A stretch of 64,000 nt of DNA from a bacterium. GTDB lineage: Bacteria; CSSED10-310; JAFGSJ01. Position 1 is the first letter of the stretch; each line of letters begins with the position of its first letter. The notes below the pieces were generated by a model. That model was not told the DNA's origin. It ran no database searches and saw only the letters and a list, made by a program, of their open reading frames with translations. This document shows positions 1 through 8,484 of this stretch, one piece after another. The translations under genes were made by a program, and so were the position numbers. Location of the stretch: positions 12,799-76,798 of the forward strand of contig JAFGSJ010000004.1 in NCBI GenBank assembly GCA_016934675.1. The letters are read 5' to 3'.

Positions 1-1632
1 TGACGTGCACAGCCATTCGTTATTATGCTGTCCGCCATTCTCAGTCCAGAATGAATATGGAGTGGGATAGATCACTTCGGTCCAGGTATCAGTCTCGAAA
101 TCATACCAGTCAAGATGTAAACCGTCGCTGGTGCCCGCCGCCATATTTTTTGTCTTGAGATCGAATTTGACTTTGAACAGTCCGTGACCGCCGATAGGAA
201 CCGGGTTGATCATGGTCAGAATAGCTTTCGGTTCCGTTCCGTTCAGGGTAAATGAACCGGAGCCGATGGCTCCTTCGGGATTACAGCCGGAATCGTCACT
301 ACTATAGTTCCAGGTCCCGGCAGCATTGACCGACCAGTTTCCATTGGTAACAGGATCATCATCGAGCCAGATCGGATCAAGTTGTGGTACATCGTCAGTA
401 TCATTCCCCCAATATGCTCTGATCTCGACATCGGGCCAATCCTCAATAATCATGACGGGAAGGACAAACTGGTTTTCCGTGAAGAACCAGGTCATAGTGA
501 TCATGCCATAATAGGCACCGGTTCCTCCAGATACTGTCTGGATGTCAGCCGGATCTGCCAGAATATTGATGACCCAGTTGCCGCCCTCTGGAAGCGTTTC
601 GATCACATAGCCCTGATCTCGCTGGAATCCATCGGCGGGAAGCCTTTCGTCCAAATCGATATTCGAGATTGCCGCCACGGACGTATTCATCACCGGATTT
701 CCGATGACAATCTTGTTGCCGAGAGGCCAGCGAGCGGCAGGTATGTCCACAATGGGCACATCAAGACTACCCTGTGATACTTGATAGAGCCAATCTTTCA
801 ATTCCCGGGCCGCAAATTCATCTTCGGTTCCGAGATCAGCATAGATTGTCCAGTTACCCTCAGGTGCTACTTCAATAATCTGCTGGCAATTTGTGAAGAT
901 ATGCTTGGGTTCAGGCACGATGGCAATCTCATCGTAAGGCCAGGCAGAAGCACAATCTTCATAACAGTTTAAACAGTTTTCTTTTAATTGTTCGCAGTAG
1001 CCGTTTCCACAAGTGTCTTGCGCGGGAACACAGAAAAAGTCCTCATCACAGGCACAATCCGGTGGAAAATAGAGATTCACGCTCTTGCAGATGGTATTTT
1101 CCGGACAAAGCGGGACCAGTGGATCACACTCGTCCAACTCACCGATATCCAGACACCAGCCCTCAAAACAAACCTGCCCTTCACGGCATTCATCATTACT
1201 GTTGCAGCCGCAGTCTTCTGGTAGATTACATGAATTCTCATATGTTTCATTGCAGTCACCGTTGAGATTAAGACATATGAATTGATCGAGAGCAGGGACA
1301 CAATATCCTTCATAATACTCTCGATACTGAATATTTGTCAGTCCTCGACAGCACGGTGGCGATAATGGACCGCGCAACCCTCCTTCTGGGATACAATCAA
1401 CAATTTTTGCAGTATCAGCCTTACTAGGGTTGATTGGATCAGGGCTATCCTTTACCTTATCATTCGAAGGCGTTACCATGGCGATGTCTGGACCGAACAA
1501 TCCGTCAACCCCCTTCTGCATCGCCCCGTTTTCAATCCTGACTTCGACCGGGCTTATTTCTCGGGCAGCGCTGAAAACAGGGAAAAAACACACAATACAC
1601 CAGTACATCACGAGAAAGGTTTTAAACCACAT
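1..1632 (-). CDS. Secreted multidomain protein, partial (runs off window start): signal peptide, Cys-rich region, GH20/GH84 domain-2-like region, probable beta-sandwich/CBM
   Basis: Not in ORF track; hand translation gives an open frame from ATG at 1632 (RBS GAGGAGG upstream) to base 1. MWFKTFLVMYWCIVCFFPVFSAA signal; about 23 Cys incl. CGNGYCEQLKENCLNCYEDC; then IVPEPK...QGYVIE...GAYYGMIT...LPVMIIEDWPDVEIR, typical of the hexosaminidase domain-2/barrel junction. Confidence 0.8.
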   Translation of the reverse strand, partial: MWFKTFLVMYWCIVCFFPVFSAAREISPVEVRIENGAMQKGVDGLFGPDIAMVTPSNDKVKDSPDPINPSKADTAKIVDCIPEGGLRGPLSPPCCRGLTNIQYREYYEGYCVPALDQFICLNLNGDCNETYENSCNLPEDCGCNSNDECREGQVCFEGWCLDIGELDECDPLVPLCPENTICKSVNLYFPPDCACDEDFFCVPAQDTCGNGYCEQLKENCLNCYEDCASAWPYDEIAIVPEPKHIFTNCQQIIEVAPEGNWTIYADLGTEDEFAARELKDWLYQVSQGSLDVPIVDIPAARWPLGNKIVIGNPVMNTSVAAISNIDLDERLPADGFQRDQGYVIETLPEGGNWVINILADPADIQTVSGGTGAYYGMITMTWFFTENQFVLPVMIIEDWPDVEIRAYWGNDTDDVPQLDPIWLDDDPVTNGNWSVNAAGTWNYSSDDSGCNPEGAIGSGSFTLNGTEPKAILTMINPVPIGGHGLFKVKFDLKTKNMAAGTSDGLHLDWYDFETDTWTEVIYPTPYSFWTENGGQHNNEWLCTS

Positions 1633-1930
1633 AATATCCTCCTCTGCAAAAAAGAATTGAGTAATTCTAAATCCCCCCGTATTGCTATAAATCCCTTTTT
1701 CTGGTGATGTGTAATTTGTAACAGATATAAATAAAGCTGTCAACTATTTTTATTACAGGAGGAAGTTTCTAGCATTCACTATATAAGAATATAGCCTTTT
1801 CACAGGATTAACCAAGAATGTTAATCCATTCAGTAATTGTATGGTCTTCAGATTCCTCACTTTCTGTGCTATGCTATGATAACTCTGAGGGAGCACCGGG
1901 ATCACGATATACGTATCACAGGTAGAGCAG

Positions 1931-2125
1931 ATGGCAGAATGTCCGTTTTCCGTCAGCATAGTCAGCACCAACGAGGGCTGTAAGCCAAACCTTATCCTAT
2001 GCTCGCGCGTAAGGCACCTTTGCGCTGAGTATAACATCAATCTTACGACTAATCATTGTCGAGCTGATGTGATCGTCATCAGCACCTGCGGTTTTTCTGC
2101 ATCGCTGGAAGAGAGCACTATCAGA
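1931..2125 (+). pseudogene. Truncated N-terminal domain (UPF0004) of a MiaB/RimO-type methylthiotransferase
   Basis: EGCKPNL...ADVIVISTCGF...EEST matches GCxxN...ADxxxxNTCxF; no radical SAM CxxxCxxC follows, frame stops at 2230. Confidence 0.55.
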
Positions 2126-2156
2126 CAGACTGTCTACTCCTTGTTATGTGTAAATG

Positions 2157-2235
2157 GATCACAGAGGACACAGAAAAAAATGGGAAGAAAAGTGTTCAGC
2201 TCGATTGTGGGTATCGGATCGATCTTCTGATCGAG
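2157..2235 (+). pseudogene. Remnant of a GxxExxY-family gene with its typical short upstream repeat
   Basis: KSVQLDCGYRIDLLIE (2188-2235) resembles the central YKGxxLDCGYRxDLLVE segment of GxxExxY proteins; preceded by CACAGAGGACACAGA. Confidence 0.55.
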
Positions 2236-2258
2236 GCAAAGGAATCTGTAAAACTGCA

Positions 2259-5200
2259 TCAGGCAATGAGTTGTTCGGATTGGGCCTTGTCGAGTTCGAG
2301 TGATATGATTCGTGAGATACCCGGGTCGGCCATGGTCACTCCGTAAAAGACATCAGCGACCTCGACCGTATGTTTCGAGTGGGTGATCATGATGATCTGA
2401 GATTTTTCGGACATTTCCTTGAGGAGCCGGGTGAATCGGGAAGTATTGGCTTCATCGAGGGCGGCGTCGACTTCATCGAGGAAGCAGAGTGGGCTGGGCC
2501 GATAGTAGAAGATGGCGACCAGGAAGGCGATAGCAGTCAGGGCTTTCTCGCCGCCGGACAGCAGGGAGAGAGTCTGCAGTTTCTTACCGGGTGGTTGGGC
2601 CACAATCGTAATGCCCGTTTCGAGTAGATCGTCTTCCTGTTCAAGCTGCAATTCAGCGAACCCACCGCCGAACAGACGCTGGAACAGGGCCTGGAAGTTA
2701 CTGTTGACTTCGTCGAAACAGGTGCGGAAGCGCAGTTCGGATTCACGATCAATTTTCAATACGGTTTGCTGCAGGGTCTCGATTGCTTCGAGCACGTCTT
2801 TTTTCTGGGTAGACATATCGTCGATTTTTGTGCGAATGGCTTCATATTCCTCGGGTGCGGAGAGATTCAGGTCATCATAACCTTCGAGCCTTTTCTGACA
2901 TTGTTCGATTTTCTTTTTGAAGGCCAGTTCTTCCTGTTCATCAGCCAGTTGAAAGCCGAGTGATTCGATGTCCTGAGGGCTGCATTTGAGTCTATTGGTG
3001 ATATCTTCGAGGACATGAGCCAACTGGAATTCGAGAGATCTTTGATTGACTTGTGCTTCGGCATAGGTTTCTTTGAGCGGTGTCACTGTTTTTGTCAGAA
3101 CGCCTTCCCATTCGGTTTCCTTTTCGACCTGGGTCTTGACATCCTGGAAGTGGTGCGTGGATTGGTCGATGTCTTGATTGATGGTTTCGAGTTCGCCATG
3201 CAGCCCTTTCAATTTGCTATCCGTATCAACGATGGTCTTTTCCAGGGTCGTTTTCTGCTGGTGGGCCTCGACGATTCGGCGTTCATTGCGGCGGGCCTGG
3301 TTTTCAAATTCTTCGAGCATGTCCTGATGGGTCGCCAAGCTGCGTTGAGCATTATCGACTTTTTCTTTGAGCGAGGTCCAATTGACCCGGACATCGGTGA
3401 GTTCTGATTGGACCCGTTCCTTTTGTTCATTGAGTTCAGCGAGTTCTTCATCCAGGGCGGTGGTAATGTTTTCGAGTTCGAGTCGGTAGTTTTCGGCTTT
3501 GGCCAGGGATTGTTCGAGGTTGGCTATTTCGTTCCGATTATGTTCCAGATCGTAATCGAGCTGTTCATATTCGAGCCGACTGACTTTCAGGGCATTTTCG
3601 TATTGGGAGATATCGCGTTGAATACTTTCGAGGTCCTTGAGCAAGCTTTGTTGGGTCAACTGCAGGGTGTGTTTCTGTTGTTCACAGTCATTCCCGGCCT
3701 GTTTCAATGCTTCGAGGGCCTGTTCGTAGTCGTTTTTGCGGTTTCGGACTTCTTCACAGCGGGCCTTGAGCTCGACCAGGTCATGTTCGAGCGCACCGAT
3801 TTCCTGTTTGCGGGAATAGAGTTCGATCGTCGCGGTCATTTCGCGGCCGGCCCTGATGATTCCGGATGGTTCGAGGACGACACCCTCGGTTGTGATATAG
3901 GTCAGGGCCATGTTCGACTCATGTTGATGTTCGATCGCCATTTCGAGTGACGAAGCCAAAACCATGCGTTCGAGCACGCGATCGAGAACAGGAGACAGGT
4001 CCGGGTCGGAGTTGACGTATTGCCGTAAGCGGGGCAAGCCTTCGAGTTGGTCCTGAGAACATCCGGGTTGTTTCGGTTTAATGTCCGTCGGACCGGGTCC
4101 AAGCGGCAGGAGACTGACCCGTCCCCATTCTTTTTCCTGGACAGTTTTGATCAGGGAAACAAGTTCAGCCTTATCTTCCACCAAAACAGTATCGAGACAG
4201 GTTTGAAGGGCGATAACCACAGGCAATTCATAGTCACGGTTGATCTGAATCCGATCGGTCAGAAGGGCAGGCTGCGGCCGGTCCTGTGTGCTCATTTCAG
4301 AAAGCAGGGCTTGGGTCCCGGGTGAGTAGCCCTCGAGCGAACTTTCCCGTTCTTCGAGTGACTGCAGGCGGGCTTCCTTCCTGTGTAATTCCTCGTTCCA
4401 TTTCTCGACTTCCGCGAGTAGTTCGGCATATTTATTCTCTTCAGACCGCTTTTCAGCTTCCAGTTGCCGGTGTTGATCGACCAGGGCAGCCAATCCGATT
4501 TCGAGTGTGCTCAACCGAGCTTCGATCTCGGTCTGGCGCGGCACACAGAGTTGTTTTTTTTGTTCGTATTCGTGCTCTTCCCTGTGCAGGCGGTCCTGGC
4601 GGCGATCGATCTCCTCGACTATCGAATGGACCCGGGCCATCTGCTGATTCAGTTGTGAAATGCTCGAAATCGTTTTCAGATGGTCGCGTTGTTTGCTTTC
4701 CTTGCTTTCGGTCAATTCGAGGATACGTGTGGCGATTTCCTCGACCAGGGCCTGTTTGAGCCGAACCTGTTCCTCGGCGGTCCGGGCCTGGTCGGACAGG
4801 TCTTCGAGTTCACTCTCCAATTCGGTATACGTGGCGTGGAGACTGTGCTTTTTCTCCTGCAATTCTTCGATTTCGTATTCAAGATTTTTCACTTCCGCGG
4901 CCAGTTCGACCAGACGGGTCTGAGAAAAATCAATATTTTGCAAAGACAGGTCCACGTCTTTTTCGAACGTAGACTTGCGTAAATGCAGGCCATTCAATTC
5001 GGTCCGAAGTTGTTCGAGCTGTTCTTCCTTGAGGTTTTTATCCCGGACACTGGTCGCGATCTGCGTTTCAAGCTTGGTGATCTCATCCAGCAGGGCAGTA
5101 CATTTTTCAGTGACCTGTTTGATGTCAGCCTTCATGGCCGACAATCTGAATGAGGCATACTTTTTTTCGAGATCGATCAGAACGGCTTTGTCCTGCAGAT

Positions 5201-5843
5201 AGCGTTTGGCTCGGCCGGCTTGTTTTTTTAAGGTGTCAGCGATGTTACCAAGCTCGAAAAGCCTGTCTTCGATCCGCACAAGGTTTTGATGGGTGTTCTC
5301 GATTTTTCTGAGGGCCTCTTCCTTCTTGGATTTGTAGCGAATAATACCCGCCGCTTCCTCGACCAGGAGACGACGCTCCCGAGGTTTACTTCGCAAGACC
5401 AGATCGACTTTACCCTGCTCGATCAAAGCATAGGAACCCTTGCCCAAACCGCTGTCCATGAACAACTCGACTATATCTTTCAACCGACAGGGCACACGAT
5501 TGATGTAATACTCACTCTCACCGTCACGAAACAAACGCCTGGTAATCTCGGTCTGGCCGGGAAGCACCCGAGGCAGTTCACCCGAACTATGGATGACCAG
5601 CGTCACCTCAGCCATGCCCACAGGCTTCCGTTTCGGCGAACCGTTGAAAATCAAATCTTCGAGACGATTGCCCCGTAGGGTCCGGATGTTCTGCTCGCCA
5701 AGCACCCAGCGGATCGCATCCGAAATGTTACTCTTGCCGCAGCCATTAGGACCTACGATTGCGGTGATCCCCGGTCGAAATTCAATCTCCATCCGGTCGA
5801 CAAACGATTTGAAACCCTGAATGTGCAACCGCTCGAAATACAT
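2259..5843 (-). CDS. smc: Chromosome segregation protein SMC
   Basis: GFKSF, Walker A GPNGCGKSN, long coiled coils with hinge, signature LSGGE, Walker B FLDEVDAALD; start moved to MYFERL with GGAAAGG upstream. Confidence 0.97.
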   Translation of the reverse strand: MYFERLHIQGFKSFVDRMEIEFRPGITAIVGPNGCGKSNISDAIRWVLGEQNIRTLRGNRLEDLIFNGSPKRKPVGMAEVTLVIHSSGELPRVLPGQTEITRRLFRDGESEYYINRVPCRLKDIVELFMDSGLGKGSYALIEQGKVDLVLRSKPRERRLLVEEAAGIIRYKSKKEEALRKIENTHQNLVRIEDRLFELGNIADTLKKQAGRAKRYLQDKAVLIDLEKKYASFRLSAMKADIKQVTEKCTALLDEITKLETQIATSVRDKNLKEEQLEQLRTELNGLHLRKSTFEKDVDLSLQNIDFSQTRLVELAAEVKNLEYEIEELQEKKHSLHATYTELESELEDLSDQARTAEEQVRLKQALVEEIATRILELTESKESKQRDHLKTISSISQLNQQMARVHSIVEEIDRRQDRLHREEHEYEQKKQLCVPRQTEIEARLSTLEIGLAALVDQHRQLEAEKRSEENKYAELLAEVEKWNEELHRKEARLQSLEERESSLEGYSPGTQALLSEMSTQDRPQPALLTDRIQINRDYELPVVIALQTCLDTVLVEDKAELVSLIKTVQEKEWGRVSLLPLGPGPTDIKPKQPGCSQDQLEGLPRLRQYVNSDPDLSPVLDRVLERMVLASSLEMAIEHQHESNMALTYITTEGVVLEPSGIIRAGREMTATIELYSRKQEIGALEHDLVELKARCEEVRNRKNDYEQALEALKQAGNDCEQQKHTLQLTQQSLLKDLESIQRDISQYENALKVSRLEYEQLDYDLEHNRNEIANLEQSLAKAENYRLELENITTALDEELAELNEQKERVQSELTDVRVNWTSLKEKVDNAQRSLATHQDMLEEFENQARRNERRIVEAHQQKTTLEKTIVDTDSKLKGLHGELETINQDIDQSTHHFQDVKTQVEKETEWEGVLTKTVTPLKETYAEAQVNQRSLEFQLAHVLEDITNRLKCSPQDIESLGFQLADEQEELAFKKKIEQCQKRLEGYDDLNLSAPEEYEAIRTKIDDMSTQKKDVLEAIETLQQTVLKIDRESELRFRTCFDEVNSNFQALFQRLFGGGFAELQLEQEDDLLETGITIVAQPPGKKLQTLSLLSGGEKALTAIAFLVAIFYYRPSPLCFLDEVDAALDEANTSRFTRLLKEMSEKSQIIMITHSKHTVEVADVFYGVTMADPGISRIISLELDKAQSEQLIA

Positions 5844-5964
5844 GCTCTGCCTTTCCGATCCAATTTCCGGATTTACCGTCAAAACATGGTACCGATCACG
5901 AACCTGTCCGGCTTGGAGCAAGGACCAGAACCCTTTCAGCCCCTGTCTCCATCAAATCAGATCC

Positions 5965-5993
5965 ATTGTAGAACATTCCCTGCCAGAAATCAA
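5965..5993 (-). promoter_or_regulatory. Sigma70-type promoter for smc
   Basis: Minus strand TTGATT-N17-TACAAT about 120 nt upstream of the start. Confidence 0.55.
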
Positions 5994-6069
5994 GGAAAAA
6001 ATACAAGGGGAGGTAGAAATCCGGACTGAGCATATCAAGATGTTGTATTTGACCGATGTGTCAGACGGG

Positions 6070-7134
6070 TCATTCAGATGAGCTACCCCGTGAACTCAAA
6101 TAGTCAAAAAAAATCGAGGCCAGATATTCATAACCGAGTTCATTGGGATGGAGTCCGTCAGGCAGAAACAGGTCGGCCAGATTACCGTTATAGTCGCTGA
6201 TGGCTTCATGGAGATCGACCAGGTCCAGACCGTTGTTCAGGCAATAGCTTCTGATTTGATCGTTCAATTCTTGTGTGGGTTCGAAGCATTCCTCATAATA
6301 GAGGCAGGGGGTCAGGGTGCACAGGATCGGGATGGTTTGATTGGCTTGACAGGCTTCGGCCGTTCTGGCGAGATATTCGAGGGTTTGGCAGTTATAGGGT
6401 TCGTAACAGGCACCGGGAAACATGAGGTCGTTGATGCCGATCAGGAGAATGAGATAGGCTGGTCGGTAATACCACAGATACGTATCAAGGTAATAATGAA
6501 ACAGGTTACCGGAGGTCATGCCTCCGATACCTTCGTTGAACGCTTCTGCTTCGTCACCGAAGTATTCCTGGAGTTTCGGAGTCAATTTAGCCGGATACTC
6601 GATACCGTAGCCACCCTCGGTGATACTGTCGCCGGTACAGACGAACAGGTTGGGGGTATTGGAGCCGATGAATTCGATCACGATGCTCGAAATCGGGGTC
6701 AAACCGGGAGCATAACCGAGTGCATCAGCCTGACAGCGATAAAAATATCTGTTGCTCGGCACAAGTGCGTATCCGAACCGGAAGTGCATGAGACCATCTT
6801 GCGGAGGCGGACAAGCTTCCACGGCCAGGATGTTCGAGAGGTCGGCCTGATCGGAAAGTTGGATGACATAGCTGGTCCCGGAGACGGTGCTGTTCGTATC
6901 TTCGATCACAACCAGGGGATGCGGGGAGGAAAGCATGATTCCGTCCACCGGGCTGACAATGATCGGGTTGTTGAGAGGCGGAACAGTCGGGGTGCTGGTC
7001 GGGGTCATGGTCGGGGTCGGGGTCGGGGTATCCTCCGGGTCTGAATCGTCATCGTCCGTACAAGCCAGAAACAACAATCCTGAACCGTAGAGAATAATGA
7101 ACAGCATTCCTATACAAGAAATGAATCGTCTCAT
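6070..7134 (-). CDS. SGNH/GDSL hydrolase family lipoprotein with Pro/Thr linker and Ig-like region
   Basis: Lipobox FLAC, TPTPTPTMTPT linker, GDSIT, GIGG, IGIND, DGLHPN blocks. Confidence 0.88.
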   Translation of the reverse strand: MRRFISCIGMLFIILYGSGLLFLACTDDDDSDPEDTPTPTPTMTPTSTPTVPPLNNPIIVSPVDGIMLSSPHPLVVIEDTNSTVSGTSYVIQLSDQADLSNILAVEACPPPQDGLMHFRFGYALVPSNRYFYRCQADALGYAPGLTPISSIVIEFIGSNTPNLFVCTGDSITEGGYGIEYPAKLTPKLQEYFGDEAEAFNEGIGGMTSGNLFHYYLDTYLWYYRPAYLILLIGINDLMFPGACYEPYNCQTLEYLARTAEACQANQTIPILCTLTPCLYYEECFEPTQELNDQIRSYCLNNGLDLVDLHEAISDYNGNLADLFLPDGLHPNELGYEYLASIFFDYLSSRGSSSE

Positions 7135-7232
7135 TTTCACTCTGACTCCCGGCATAAGGTCTGTTTTTATACCTTTCTCGATATCCTGACCAATCGATCG
7201 ATACCCTGATCCGTCAGATCAGATGGGGCCTA

Positions 7233-8273
7233 TCAGCGGCTCGATTGCCGGACATAGTCGAGGTCGGCCTTGACCATCATTTCGATCAAACCCTCGAAGC
7301 TGACCTTCGGTTGCCAACCCAGTTCTTGACAGGCTTTAGTCGGATCACCGATGAGCAGATCGACTTCGGTCGGTCTGAAGAAGCGGGGATCGACTTTTAC
7401 CAGGACACGTCCGGTTTTTCGGTCGCGGCCCACTTCGGCAATGCCGTCTCCCTCCCAGGCGAGGGGCATCTCGAGCAGCTCGAACACTTTCTCGGCAAAT
7501 TTACGCACGGTATGGGTTTGGCCCGAAGCAATCACGTAATCAGTGGGTTTAGCTTGCTGTAACATCAGCCACATGGCCTCCACATAATCGCCGGCGTAAC
7601 CCCAGTCTCGTTTCGCATTCAAATTACCCAGGGTCAAAACATCCTGTTGGCCGTATTTGATTCGTGCAGCGCCGATGGTTATCTTGCGTGACACGAAATT
7701 CTCACCCCGTCGGGGCGATTCGTGATTGAACAGAATACCGTTACAGGCATACAGGTTATAGGCTTCGCGATAATTGACTACAATCCAGTAGGCATACAGT
7801 TTGGCCACGCCGTAGGGTGAACGTGGATAGAACGGTGTGGTCTCGGTTTGAGGCACTTCCTGGACCTTACCATACAGTTCCGATGTTGAAGCCTGGTAAA
7901 ATCGGGGCGAGATACCAAGGTCCTTGATCGCATCGAGCACCCTCAACGTCCCGACTGCATCAGTTTCGGCAGTATATTCCGGCACTTCGAACGAGATTCT
8001 GACGTGACTCTGGGCGGCCAGATTGTAGATTTCCTCGGGTCTGGTCCGCTCGATCACCCGATTGAGATTACTCGAATCAGCCATGTCCCCATAATGCAGC
8101 ACCAAGCGTTTCTCGTCTTTTTTGTATCGTTGATAGAGATGTTCGATCCGCTGCGTATTGAAAGTTGAACCGCGTCGAACCAGCCCGTGGACCTCGTATC
8201 CTTTTTCCAGCAACAATTCGGCCAGGTAGGAGCCGTCCTGACCGGTAATACCGGTAATAAGCGCTCGTCTCAT
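7233..8273 (-). CDS. gmd: GDP-mannose 4,6-dehydratase
   Basis: [55 protein letters not shown]. Confidence 0.97.
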   Translation of the reverse strand: MRRALITGITGQDGSYLAELLLEKGYEVHGLVRRGSTFNTQRIEHLYQRYKKDEKRLVLHYGDMADSSNLNRVIERTRPEEIYNLAAQSHVRISFEVPEYTAETDAVGTLRVLDAIKDLGISPRFYQASTSELYGKVQEVPQTETTPFYPRSPYGVAKLYAYWIVVNYREAYNLYACNGILFNHESPRRGENFVSRKITIGAARIKYGQQDVLTLGNLNAKRDWGYAGDYVEAMWLMLQQAKPTDYVIASGQTHTVRKFAEKVFELLEMPLAWEGDGIAEVGRDRKTGRVLVKVDPRFFRPTEVDLLIGDPTKACQELGWQPKVSFEGLIEMMVKADLDYVRQSSR

Positions 8274-8484
8274 TCCCATCCCTTTCATAAATCTCGAAAA
8301 ACAGGGTCATGTGCCGGTCCTGTTAATTGTGTCATCCACCCTGACCAGCTGAATCACGAGATGTTTCATATCCCCTCTGCTCCTAAAAAGCAAGCATGGT
8401 ACGATATTATTCTCTTGACAAAAAACCGGTACATGGTTAAGCAAGGATAGGGATTATCAAGAGGACAGGAAAGGATGTCCATGT

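Noticed and set aside
243-1660. Many short ORFs in the track
   Set aside because: Shadows of the long minus-strand ORF 1632 to <1
6981-7040. GGGGTC tandem repeat
   Set aside because: Encodes the Thr-Pro linker of the SGNH lipoprotein; not a separate DNA repeat
6148-7044. 298-aa plus-strand ORF
   Set aside because: Antisense to the SGNH gene, no motifs; the same holds for long antisense ORFs over smc, oleC, guaB, lysS and the ECF gene
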